In this document: piece by piece, positions 41,319-58,360 of the stretch
How the letters are laid out: each line of letters starts with the position of its first letter
Numbering within the stretch: position 1 is the stretch's first letter
Source: the human T2T-CHM13v2.0 reference genome, Homo sapiens
Reading direction: 5' to 3' (one strand)
Length of the DNA: 64,000 bases
Assembly (NCBI RefSeq): GCF_009914755.1
Contig: NC_060927.1
Program-made: the position numbers and the translations under genes
The notes under the pieces: model-generated
Seen by the model: the letters and a program-made list of their open reading frames with translations, nothing else
What the model was told of the DNA's origin: nothing
Databases searched by the model: none

Positions 41319-41974
41319 TGATCCACCCGCCTTGGCCTACCAAAGTGCTGGGATTACAGGCGTGATCCACTGCACCTGGCCAGCAAAAGAGATTTCGCAT
41401 GCAGTGTCTGTTAGAACATCTCATATTTAGGCAATCAGAATAACTGAATGGCTGATTGCCGTATATCACTCAGATTTTTTTTTTCTCTCGATATGGGGTC
41501 TCGTACTGTCACCCGGGCTGGAGTGCAATGGCACAGTCTTGGCTCACTGAAACCTCTGCCTCCTGGATTCACTCGATTCTCCTGCCTCAGCCTCCCCAGT
41601 AGCTGGGATTACAGGCTCACACTGCCACACCCAGCTAATTTAATTTTTTAATTTTCTAATTTTTAGTAGAGACAGGGTTTCACTATGTTGGCCAGGCTGC
41701 TCTCGAACTCCTGACCTTGTGTTCCGCCTTCCTCGGCCTCCCAAAGTGCTAGGATTACAGGCGTGAGCCACCACGCCTGGCCTAGCACTCAGATTTTTAG
41801 ATGATATCTCCATGTCCAACCCAATGGCTTATGTAGATATCATTAAAATGTTGCTTGTGGGACAAAGGAAAGTGCTGGAATTTGTTTTTAATCCCTTAAA
41901 GTGTCAAACTTAGTGTGGGGCTGGTGATGGCAGCTGTGGGTTTTTGCTCCTTCGGGTAAACTTGTGATGATTAA

Positions 41975-42304
<330 letters not shown>

Positions 42305-42711
42305 AACAAGACACTTCTTTAAGAAATCATGTACTTGAGATAAACGGGTCTCGTAAGGCTAGCGTTGGGACTATCTCTTCATTTCCATGTGGCGAGCCTC
42401 CTAGGGCAACAGAGGCACGGTCGCTGCCATGAAAGCACTGAAGCTTCACCTCTTTGAGACGTGTTAATAACCGCGGAGTGTGGCTCTACTGGAGATGGAG
42501 CTACTTGCTGTTACTTTGTCGGTGATGCTCCTAGGGAGGAGCAAATGGGAGTCTGAGGACATAAATGACGAACAGGGCCTGGGCTGAGAAAACCAGTCAT
42601 GCCACAAAAGGCTTCCTGAGGCTGAAAGATTTGGGAGACGGCCAGGTGCCAGTGACCCACACCTGTAATCCCAGCACTTCGGGAGGCAGAGGCCGGTGGA
42701 TCACTTGAGGC

Positions 42712-43587
<876 letters not shown>

Positions 43588-43736
43588 TTAAAACAAAAAA
43601 CAAAAACAAACAAAAAAAATCCTGGCGCGGTGGCTCACGCCTGTAATCCCAGCACTTTGGAGGCGGAGGCAGGTGGATCACGAGGTCAGGAGATCGAGAC
43701 CATCCTGGCTAACACGGTGAAACCCCATCTCTACTA

Positions 43737-43928
<192 letters not shown>

Positions 43929-44444
43929 TTAGGAGAACAGGCTAGACAGATGTTCCATTCTGGGGTATATTTGGGGATCTGGAGGTGGTATTTGAGCAAG
44001 AAATAGAGGAAGTTGATGAAATAGAATTCACTGGCAGAAGAGAAGATGATACAGCCAGACAACCAGGCCAGCTGTTTTCTAGTGTTCCCCAGATGAGAGC
44101 GACAGGACTAATCAGCCTCCTGTGGGTGGGCTCTAAACTCAACTGAAAGCTGACAAGAGAGCACATTCCCTTAATTGGAGGGAGAAAAAAAGGGAAGATA
44201 TTGAAAGAGCTGCCTTTTATACCAGACCACTGAAGAGGAAGTTAGGGTTTTCTCATTAGTATATAAATATCGTAAACTTCCACCCACCCAAAGTAGATTT
44301 CTGCCTCCAACATTGCACTGAAACTGTTCTTGGTCTCCAGTGATTTCGTGTCTCTGATGAACGCTACACTGTCCTCTTTACTTGACTCTAGACATAGTTA
44401 GCCACAGGATCCTTCTTGAACATTCTTACTCTTGGCTCCCTTGA

Positions 44445-44636
<192 letters not shown>

Positions 44637-44707
44637 TAATTTTTGTGTTTTTAGTAGAGGCGGGGTTTCACCATATTGGCCGGGCTGGTCTAGAACTCCT
44701 GAGCTCA

Positions 44708-44866
<159 letters not shown>

Positions 44867-45403
44867 TCAAGCAGAAGAAATGCCTCGGCTGTGGAGCAGG
44901 AAGGTGTTTGATGTTGGGGTTTGAGAGAAGGCCAGTCAGCTGGCAGGCAGGGGGCAAAGGGGGTGGCATGAAGCAAGGAGCTTGGGCATTCTGAGTGGAA
45001 GGAGAAGCCAGTATGCGGAGAATGGGTCGGAAGAGAGTAAGAGCAGAGACTACTGCAGTGGTCACGATAAAAAGCAGGTCACTTGGACCAGAGTAATGGC
45101 AATAGACTGAAAAGTAGGGTTACCTTTTATGCATTTTGGAGGCAGAAGTTAAAGGACTTGCTGTTGGATTAGAGATGGGGGAATAAGCAAAAGAAAATGA
45201 CTTAAGTTTCTGGCAGGTTCATAGGTAGTGGTGTCACTGCAGGTCTGGGTGGGGAGGCGTCATCTTAGATGTAAGTGTGATACTTCCAACTATAGGCGCA
45301 GTGTAAAAAGTCGGACATGTGAGTCTGAAGCTTGGAGGAGAGACGGGCTGGAGTTGGAGATGTGAGAAATCATTGGCATTATACATGGCGGTTGGTACTA
45401 TCA

Positions 45404-45835
<432 letters not shown>

Positions 45836-46200
45836 TCATTCTATTAGAATCAGATCTGTTTTTCCATGTATGTTTATCGTCTGTTTCCAACTAGAAAGTA
45901 AGTTCCTTGAGGGCAGAGGCTGTATCTGTTTTGCTCCCCATCACATACATCCCTATTATTTGGCACATGAGGCTGGAGCATGGGGATGAGAAATGGTTCC
46001 ACAAGAAAAGGGGGGGCACAAACCCATCACTGTAGAACTGTGAGCTAAGCAGCAGTCCCTTTTTTTTTTTTTTTTTTTTTTTTTTTGAGATGGAGTCACT
46101 CTGTCACCCAGGCTGGATGCTATCTCGGCTCACTGCACCCTCCACTTCCCAGGTTCAAGCAAGTCTCCTGCCTCAGCCTCCCGAGTAGATGGGATTATAG

Positions 46201-46528
<328 letters not shown>

Positions 46529-46940
46529 TAACAATTTCTGTCATACCATATAATCGTATCTCCTTTTTGCCCATTAATTTAGTAATTATCTTTCCTTCAA
46601 TTAAGCTAAGTCCTTAATTAACCATTAGTAATTACTGCTGGTCTGAAAGAACAGACACTGAATATTCGCCCAAGTATGTCAAACACAGAATCATACTTAC
46701 CTAACAAGCCTAGCTTACCCAATGTTTCTGTAACAACTGGACTAATATTTACAGAGTGTTTACCATGAATGTTTGACATACCACAAAGAGCAGAAAAAAG
46801 GCTAGCAAACGTTACACATAACAACGGGACTACAAAGTAACCTTTGTCAATCAATAGTAACTGACCTAAATGAGAACGTGAGGGGGCAAGCTTTTGGAAT
46901 CTCAATTGTATTACTGAAAGTAATATCCAGAGTCTTATCT

Positions 46941-46993
46941 TGTAAAAACAACAACACAAAAAAAACTAATACTGAAAAGTTTTTGTTTTTATT
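46941..46993 (-). terminator. Distal UBXN7 polyadenylation site
   Basis: AATAAA on minus at 46988-46993 followed ~25 nt later by a U/GU-rich element (GTTTTTTTTGTGTTGTTGTTTTT). Confidence 0.75.
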
Positions 46994-49900
46994 TCCAAGA
47001 TCAAATATTACAACAGGACATTTACATGTATTTATAAAAAAATGCAGCAGTTGAATGTATAGATCAGAGGTTTCCTTGAGTTTGGTCCCTCTCTCAGCAC
47101 AGTGAGCTGATGTCTTCAAAAGACTTATCGTCCCACTCCCTTCCCTCCCCCACCCCATTGTCCCCCCACCCTCCCCGTTTCAAGTTGCAGTATTAATATA
47201 AAGCAACTGGGTACAACACAGCAAGAGTATTCACAATTTGGTACAGACCAAACCAGAGGATCCCCAACTGACAGCAAGATCCTCCTTCTGGAAATTATTA
47301 CCTATAGACTAGGTAGATCTATAGGTAGATCACACCCAGTTATCTAAGATTTCCCTGGTTTTAGAGCAAGTGGAAGTTCCATTGAGTCTTAGCCAGTAGT
47401 TACAACTCTGCGTTACCTAATGGCATGTTTTTCTCCTCTTACAAGTTTAATTTTCTACCGCCTCCATGTGTCTTCAAATTTAAGGCTTTCCCAAGCACCT
47501 TTATTATGACTTACTAGATATACAGGAGGGTCTCTAATGTGTCTTGAACAAAAAAATTTAGTGGATGGTCCAGCTGCCCCTTGCTCAACAATCCCAAAGA
47601 CTTCTTCCCACCACTGAGAAGAGCTGCAGAAATCAACGGTATCTCCTAGCACCATTGGAGAAAAGGCCCAGAAAACAGAATTCGATGTGCATTTTAGGGA
47701 GCACTTGCCAGAAACATTACAACAGGAGCACTGTCTCTGTTATCTTCTTGGATTCAATCACAAATTTAGAGTACAGATGAAATTTAGAGCCTGTCCTGCA
47801 TTAATAATGCAAATCTCAGTAAGACCACCCCCACACACACTTTGTCCAGAATAAGTTGAGCCACAAACATCCCAGGGAATCTCTAAATACTGTTAGGAAC
47901 TGCTTTAGAAAACACTTTAAAGCAAATACCCCAAGTTGACTTCACTCAAGCCCCCAACCCACCCTCATCATCCCTATCCCCCTAGAAATTTCATTCCTTG
48001 ATTAACTTCTCTGAGTAAGATGTAAAGTGAGGTTTGGAAAATGACATGAAACATGAAACATGTTTAAAAACACAATCAATGAAGACATGCCAGAACTGGA
48101 CATCCCAGGTGACTTCAAATGCATTGTTCAAGCCGAACTCATACAAAGCATGCACAGAGCCTGCACAGACACTGCTGAGAGTTTCCAGGGAACAATCAAT
48201 ACCTACTCGAAAAAGGACTTTCCTGAAGGGCAAACAAAACAAAACAAAACAAAACAAAACAAACAAAACAAAAAGTAACACTGGATGTTTAGAATTTGTT
48301 AACAACAACAACAACAAAAAACCATTCTGGAAAAAAAGATTATCAGAGGAGTGAAGAAAACCGTGTCTAACAGATTCATGCCAAAGCTTGGATGGAAGCC
48401 CCTCAAAGTCTAAGTATCGTGTTAGCATCAACTGGTACTCATTTCTCTATATCTAAGACTAGAAGATTCTCTCACAGCTTTACTGTTTCCTGGCAAGTGT
48501 TTTCAACAGCCTTTCCAGCTGAAGGGACGAACCCAGGAAAGTAACAAGGCCCAAGACCCCACATGGGTCAGATAAGCAGCCCCTACTAGAAGCTTGCTAC
48601 TCGTTAACTGAAAAGTGGAGGCCACGCACTACTTTCACTCTCTCTAGCAGGTGAAAGGGGATTTTCTGATGGCAACAGTCACTCCGTGTAAGGTTTAACT
48701 TACAGGGCAATAAGTTATCAAAAAGTTATTGTTAAAAGCATATGATTAGTGTCATAAACATATTTATATTTGGAATTACACCATTTGATATCTCCATTAA
48801 GAATGCAAAGCTTTGAGAAAAGCATACTGTAAAATCATGTTGCTGCAAACAGCAAGGCATCCAGCTGAGTGTAAGCAGTCTAATGTCATCAAACTGAAAT
48901 GGACCCTCGTGACGGGCACTATGGAACCAGCTACCTAGATAGAGAGAAAAAAGGAGAATGGCAGGGAACGGTTCCAGATCAAGAATCTCTCCCTTATCAG
49001 TTAAGAGTTCCATACTGAGTCTATGAAAAAAGCAAATTAAAAAGATTTTAAGAAAGGGGGAATTCAATTCCAGGTCAGAATTTATCTAATGATTTGATAT
49101 GTTTCCCATTTATCATGTCTAAAAAATGAATGACTCATGCTAACCCAGTTAGATTAATAACTTCTTTTGATGAGAAAAAATATTACTTAGGTTTAGTCCA
49201 GCTTAGCTTGACTATTCTTCCCATTTGAAAACCCAAATGACCTTTAGAAGGGATATAAAATACCCAGAGTATTGTGATCTCTAGAGAGGAAATACAATTA
49301 AACAATAAAAACTTGCTGTTTGTTGCCAAAGAATTAAGTACAATAATGCGACTTCTCATATTTATAGATTAATCTGTGATTGCTCTTGGGAAAAATACTA
49401 TCATTGGTATTTGCCATCTCTAATCCTAGAAATAAATCTGGTTATCTTTTGAAAATACTTTCTCATTACAGGAATGCTAAATTATGTTTATTAAAGTAGT
49501 TCAAATTGGATTGCCCAACTTTATTTTGAAATCAATAGCAAAGAAAGGCCTGTGCCAAAAATCATCATGTTTATGAGAATATCTGCAATTTTAAGCAACA
49601 CAACAGCAACTGGTAGGCCACAAAGAGGGTGGGGTATCACAGAGCTAGCCATTCTCTATATGAAACCAGAGAATTCTCCTTAACTAGGGAGAAAATGAGC
49701 TATAAAAGTAAGTTTGCCTCAAAAATGTCCTTCAATTTTATAAAAAATGAAGATTGTTACATATTAAGACTTTGAAATGGAATTTCTTAAACATAGCCAA
49801 TTACACTAAAAATCATAACTATTTTCAGAGAATGAATGTTAAAAATAAATGGTGGAGAAGTAAAATGGAAAGCAGGATTAAAAGATTTCTAATTAAGGGT

Positions 49901-51198
49901 CTGTCACTTCACAGGACAACTAGCAAGGCCATTATAATCTCTATTTTTAAAAAGACATCAAGAAATTCTTGATTCTATACTGTCTCTCTAGCAGGACTGA
50001 CACACAGGTGAGTCAAAAACCATAACCATCACTGAAATACCAAATCTCTATGTAACAGGAGAAACCGATATATTGGTATGGTATTCTCTGTTGGGTTATC
50101 TGCAGTTCTAAAGAACATTCTTGCCACTATTCTAAAATGTGTACAGTGCAACACCATGTTTCACGGCAAGACAATAACTGAAAAGCTAAGCCAGGCAATC
50201 CAGTGAAGTTGAATGTCCATAGTACACAGCTGTCTTTAGCCTATTCATCAAGGCTGGTATTACCGGAAAACTGCCATGTTCACCAGAAGAGCTGTCTCTT
50301 CCTATGCTCATTACATTTTAGTTTTACAAAGACTACTAATTCATCAGCCTGCACCCCATGATTTACTACTGCGTAGTTACATGATGGTCAAAAAAGGCAG
50401 AGAGACGGTAAGAATGACATAATAAAGATACATTCTGTGGAATAAAAAACATTTTTAAGTCAGCCTAATTGTATCTTTAAAAAGCTGTTTCTGCCAAAAC
50501 CAGGTGTGAATCTTATACAAATCAATTTCCCAACAGGCCAGTAAAGTACTTTAAGTACACAAGTAAAAATAAAATTTAGTGCCAGCGTTAGTGTCATATT
50601 TGGTTCTCATTTACATTTTAGTCATACTCAACACTGATTAGGCACACAGCATTAAGTTTTAAAAAATAATGAATTGTTTACAAGATTATTATTACTAGAC
50701 CTATAACTACTATACTCTCCTCTTTGGAGATTTCAGTCATCGCAGTAAGATTAAGAGCAAGTTGTTGGTCAAATGATACCTGAACACAGAATAAAAAAAA
50801 GAGAGAAAAAAAAAGTAAAGAAACTGATTAACCAGCACACTTTTAATTAGCCTAGGGATAATATGCAATCACGGGGAGAGACTGGAAGCATGAAATTTTG
50901 GAAAAGGACTTCAGAGATAATCTAATTTGTTGTTCTAGAAAAGGCTGAGAACTATTAATCTAGTCCAATTATCTCATTTTTCAGACGAGAAACCAGAGAT
51001 TAAGAAGAAAGAGAAGTGTGAAGGTAACAACTAGCAGAGCTGTTACCCAAAGGGCTCTCACACCTCCAGTGCCCTTTCTGCATATAACATATACTATACT
51101 ATGCATTGGATTTGTACCTGGGTAGAGAAATTAAATCTTTCCTTCATTTTTCGGTTGCTAGTGGCTCCCTCTGGTATTTTCCCTAAGTGTGCAAGTAA

Positions 51199-51284
51199 GA
51201 TTCCTGCGAGCTAGGAATCTTTACTCCGGGGGATCAATAGTGAGATCCCCGCAAGCTAGGAATCTTTACTCCAGGGATCAATAA
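51199..51284. repeat. 45-bp period tandem duplication with internal inverted repeats
   Basis: GATTCCTGCGAGCTAGGAATCTTTACTCCGGGGGATCAATA / GATCCCCGCAAGCTAGGAATCTTTACTCCAGGGATCAATA. Confidence 0.85.
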
Positions 51285-51483
51285 TCCTTTCCTACTTGGG
51301 TACTGGTTATGCCTTAGTGGCAGAACTTCATGCCCCAAATCTAGAAGTTACAAAAGGTGGAGCTAAAGAAAAAGGTGAGTCAAAAGAAAACGTGAGCTAC
51401 AGTGCTTGCCACTTCAGTCTTGTTTAAGACTTTGCTAACTAAAACATATTCTTCCCTTTTTCTAAGTTTGAACTAATAGGTAA

Positions 51484-53096
<1,613 letters not shown>

Positions 53097-55993
53097 TCCT
53101 GGTAGTTTCCATTCCATCTCCCTGTATTTTTCTCTTATCACTCTCGAAGTCTATCTTTCTTGTTCTTTTCCTCCCTAGCTTTTTTTTTTTAAACACTCCT
53201 TTCAAGCTGTGTCCAACACCCACAAGGAATGACTATTTTTAACTAATCTTACTGACCTCATTTAATCTATTCAATAAAACCTCTGCCCTAAGGAGCAAAG
53301 AAACTTGCAGAGGAAGTAAGGCAAACTGGAAGAAGCATACTGTCAGCGGATTAAATTCTTGAGCAAGGCAATACTCCTTATGGATTCTTCCCATGTACAA
53401 TCCGTAACTCTTCCCATGGGCCTTTATATCAACCCTAAGATAATTACACTCCTGCCTCAAAATAAAATAAAATAAAACCCACCACATCTTGTATTGTAGA
53501 CATCCCAGCTGCATGTTAAGCTGAGTGAAAGTACCATGCTGTCTTTTAAATCACTTTATATCTACTTAATCATCCCACAGTAACCCGAGTTGAAGAAGTT
53601 ACTTTGGTTTCTCATAAATGAATATGCACGTGCTGAACATATCGGAAAGAACCACACCCTCTCACTGATGAACACGTTGGCAGTTCTCCCAACTGTTTTA
53701 TCAAGAGAAGCTAGAAGGTAAAGAAAAGGAAACAGAGCCCTATAGGAAAAATGATTGACTTCACACGTTTGAGCGATTTGGGCTTCAGCTATGACTTTGC
53801 TGGAGTACAGATGGGTGCCATCAGAGCACAAAGCTGAGCAAACCTCTCTTCTTACCCTGTGCCCTCCCTGAATTTTTGGATTTCTGAGCTTGTCTACTAC
53901 CAACAAATGTTTTACCCTCCAGTGCACCTTTGACAGTATACAGCTCTATTTTTCAAACGGCAAGTATGTTATCCAAGTTCAGAGATGCAACTGAGGAATT
54001 AACATGAAAACCATCTTTCACTCAATAAATCAGAAGCTGCTAGTTAAGTAAGCCTCAAGAACCTAAGAAAAAACACCAAAGTGTAAGTATTACTCAGTCA
54101 CCAATCTAAAGACAGAACTTTGACTCAAGGTAGAAATGAAACCGTAATTATATAAATATATTTATAAATATTTATACAATTATATACTTATACATAAGCA
54201 CTTACACAGACTTAGAAAAAAATTTAAGAACATTAATTCAAAAGGACTCACTGAAGAATAAACAGATTTTTCCATGATTTCCTTGAGGAGATATAAAACT
54301 CATTCTTTAGGGAGAGTTCCTCAAAATTCAACCATTAGAAACCATATCCTATAACTGTGTACTAGCAACACATGGCATCTTTTTTTCTTCTTTTCCCAAA
54401 TCCCCTAATTGCCAAGAGAGCAATCTTAAAGTAGATGAAAACCTAAAGGTCTCTACGCAACATCTGAGGAACATACGCTCCTCAGATAAAAGAATCAATC
54501 TAAATCCTCAACTGACAAAAAGGTCCATTTAATATTTTTCATTTTACAAGTTAAAAGTTCTAGTTTTGCCACCAGAATCACGACTACCCCCCCTTCAGAG
54601 GACTCCATTTAAGCTCAAAATACGAAATGAGCATAGGGTGAAGTTGATGTGTAAATGGTATTCTACAGATTCAAGATGGCCTCTTCTAAAAACACTGAAG
54701 AAAGCTTTCACCAACTCTAATTTGATTTTGGGTTTTGTTGGCAGAAAAAGCCCAAGACATCTGAAAATTACTAGTAACCTCCGCCATCCTCCTTACTAAA
54801 TGTTGTCTTCTGAATGGAGTTGAAAGGTCTTCCCCTTAGAGAGGCTTTCCGTTTTGATACCTTTTGAAAGAAAACAGCATGCGGACTCATGTTCAATTCA
54901 GTCACCAGAGCCTTTTAGAGACTATTCCAACCAGGGGCAAAAAATGAACCATTATTTCTAACCAAAAGAACATGGTTAGCAACTCTCAGCTGAATGGTTT
55001 TCTTTTTCCCCAGGGACATACCTAAGTATGCCTGAAACAACACAGGACAATCAATAACCATAGTGGTTACAATTCCAAGCCATTGTACTACATGATTATT
55101 GACCAGCTGCCTTCCTACAGATCACTGCAGACTCAGACAATGGAGGGCTCCAAAGGAACTAATATGCTGTGCTGGCAAAAATAGCAAGCACCTTCCTATC
55201 CCAGTCACCACGATAGGTTCACTTCATGTCCATTCTTGGACTAGCAGGATCAATACAGAGTAATAAGGAAAACTGTCTCAGGTTAGGACAATGAAAGTCA
55301 CCCCATGCTATATGCTCCATATTTAACACTCATTCTGCCAATAACACATGTCATGGAAATAGTCCTTATAGCTGGGAACATGAAAATCCTTTGAAAAAGG
55401 TTTTTAAGTATGATGAGCAATCATTACAAGGGATGCTTTTTCCACGTAAACAAAAGCCTGGATATTTTGTTAAGCGACATTTCCACATGAAGAACACAAC
55501 AAAACCAAACCCATGTTAGAGAATTTCTTCTCCCTGCTAAACACGGGGACTTACAAAAAAGGGAGGGTTGTTCTTACTCTGAATCTAGCCATTCCTTTGC
55601 CCGAAGAGTCTGGGGAGTAACGTTAACATTTGATCCCAAAAAAGTGCCGTGCAAGAGACCACTTACTGGAACACACAATTCCTGCTGCTAGTACTAGGAG
55701 AGGTCTTATCCTTACACTTCAGTTTGGTCACCAGATTAGGTAAGAAAGAAAAGTGTGGGGGGAGGGGGAGGCAGAAGGGTACGGAGTGGGGAGCGAGAAA
55801 ACAGAAGAGGAGAAAGAAACAAAGGGGGAGAAAGAGACTGATTATAGGAGAGATCAAGAAATAAGAGAAGGAAGGTGACTTGCTTGCCCAACTTTGGCTC
55901 TGTGGTCCTATGAGCCAAAATGCATACTTAGTGACATGTATCTCACAGGAAAAGGGAAAAAAGGGGTAAGCTGAGAGAGGTCAAGCCATGGTG

Positions 55994-56155
55994 TTAATTT
56001 CTTTCCTGTACAAAGACAGTCTCTTGAGGACAAAGGCCTGCCTCTTGCAATGTAATATCATAGTCCAGATGAGATAATTTCCTTCGAGGAAAGTTGGTGA
56101 GAAGTTCAAAACGTTCATTTGGGTATCCTTTAGACTGCACGTGCTTCACCAAAGC
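55994..56155 (-). CDS. UBXN7: UBXN7 last coding exon (UBX domain C-part)
   Basis: Acceptor ttttatag|G; ALVKHVQSKGYPNERFELLTNFPRRKLSHLDYDITLQEAGLCPQETVFVQERN-TAA with the UBX FPR motif. Confidence 0.95.
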   Translation of the reverse strand, partial: ALVKHVQSKGYPNERFELLTNFPRRKLSHLDYDITLQEAGLCPQETVFVQERN

Positions 56156-56919
56156 CTATAAAAACAAGAGAAAGACAAAGCCATTAGACGGAAAAAGAGG
56201 AAAGAGCATATTAGTGAATTAAATAGAAAACATTCTCTTTTTAATCATATTAGATCAGCTATTAAATGTAAGTTCTTCTTTCATATAACCAAAGCTTGCC
56301 CTTGGGGAAGGGCCAATATAAACCTTTGGACGGGGAGATAAATCTGACCCCAATTACTTACAGCCATTAAGTGATACTGAAATACACAGTTATTATTTGG
56401 CTCCCCAATAAATATACCCAGTCACTATTCATAAAATTAAATTATTGTTCTCATTTTAAAACATTTTATCCGTTTTCCTTTCTCCCTTTTATCAAGGAAG
56501 ATATGTCCTTCATTCTGCCTACACCCAATCTTGCCACCTGTGCACTGAATCTCTTCTTGCCTTCTCAGAAACTGGACCATTCCCATCTTTTGCAGGTTTC
56601 TTCAACATCTCCCTCTCTGCTTCCCATCAAACTTCAACACTGCTTGCATTTCAGTAACACAGTCTTCAAGAATCAGCCTAATTATCTCCAGCCACAGCAA
56701 ACGGCCAGCAATGCCTGACGCAAGGGATTCATTCACAGGCTAAGCTAAGCTAAGCTAGTCAGACTCAAGATTCTGTTTCCAGCAGTTAAAAACAGAGGGT
56801 GTCGGGGCACGGTTGCTCACACCTGTAATCCCTGCACTTTGGGAGGCCAAGGAGGGGGACAGCTTGAGCACAGGAGTTGGAGACCAGCTGGGGCAACATG
56901 GCAAAATCCCATCTCATCA

Positions 56920-57159
<240 letters not shown>

Positions 57160-57167
57160 TCATCTCA

Positions 57168-57521
<354 letters not shown>

Positions 57522-57767
57522 CTACAGGCCCCAGAAGAGAAACATAGAGAAAAACAGACACAGTTCTTAAACACTTTGCAGTTCCAGCTGCTGGAAAACC
57601 ACTATCCTCTTCAAATAACCCCAGTCGTCCTTTTCCAGAAGTAGTCATTTCAGTTGGGTTTCTATTCCATGCAGGCATGAAACAGAAAAATCTTCACTGG
57701 AACATACCTTACGTGGCTTACCTAATTTAATCTGGGAAGGAAATAAACTAATTAGAATTAAGATTCA

Positions 57768-58097
<330 letters not shown>

Positions 58098-58150
58098 TTA
58101 GAGATCAGACTAAACATCTAACACCTCTTTCTTTTTTTTTTTTTTTTTAA

Positions 58151-58327
<177 letters not shown>

Positions 58328-58360
58328 TAGCTTCTCTGCTTCGAGAAAATGCTTCCAACG

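Noticed and set aside
47991-48431. 146-aa ORF in the UBXN7 3'UTR
   Set aside because: No recognisable domain, partly (GTTTT)n/(GTT)n translation, non-ATG start
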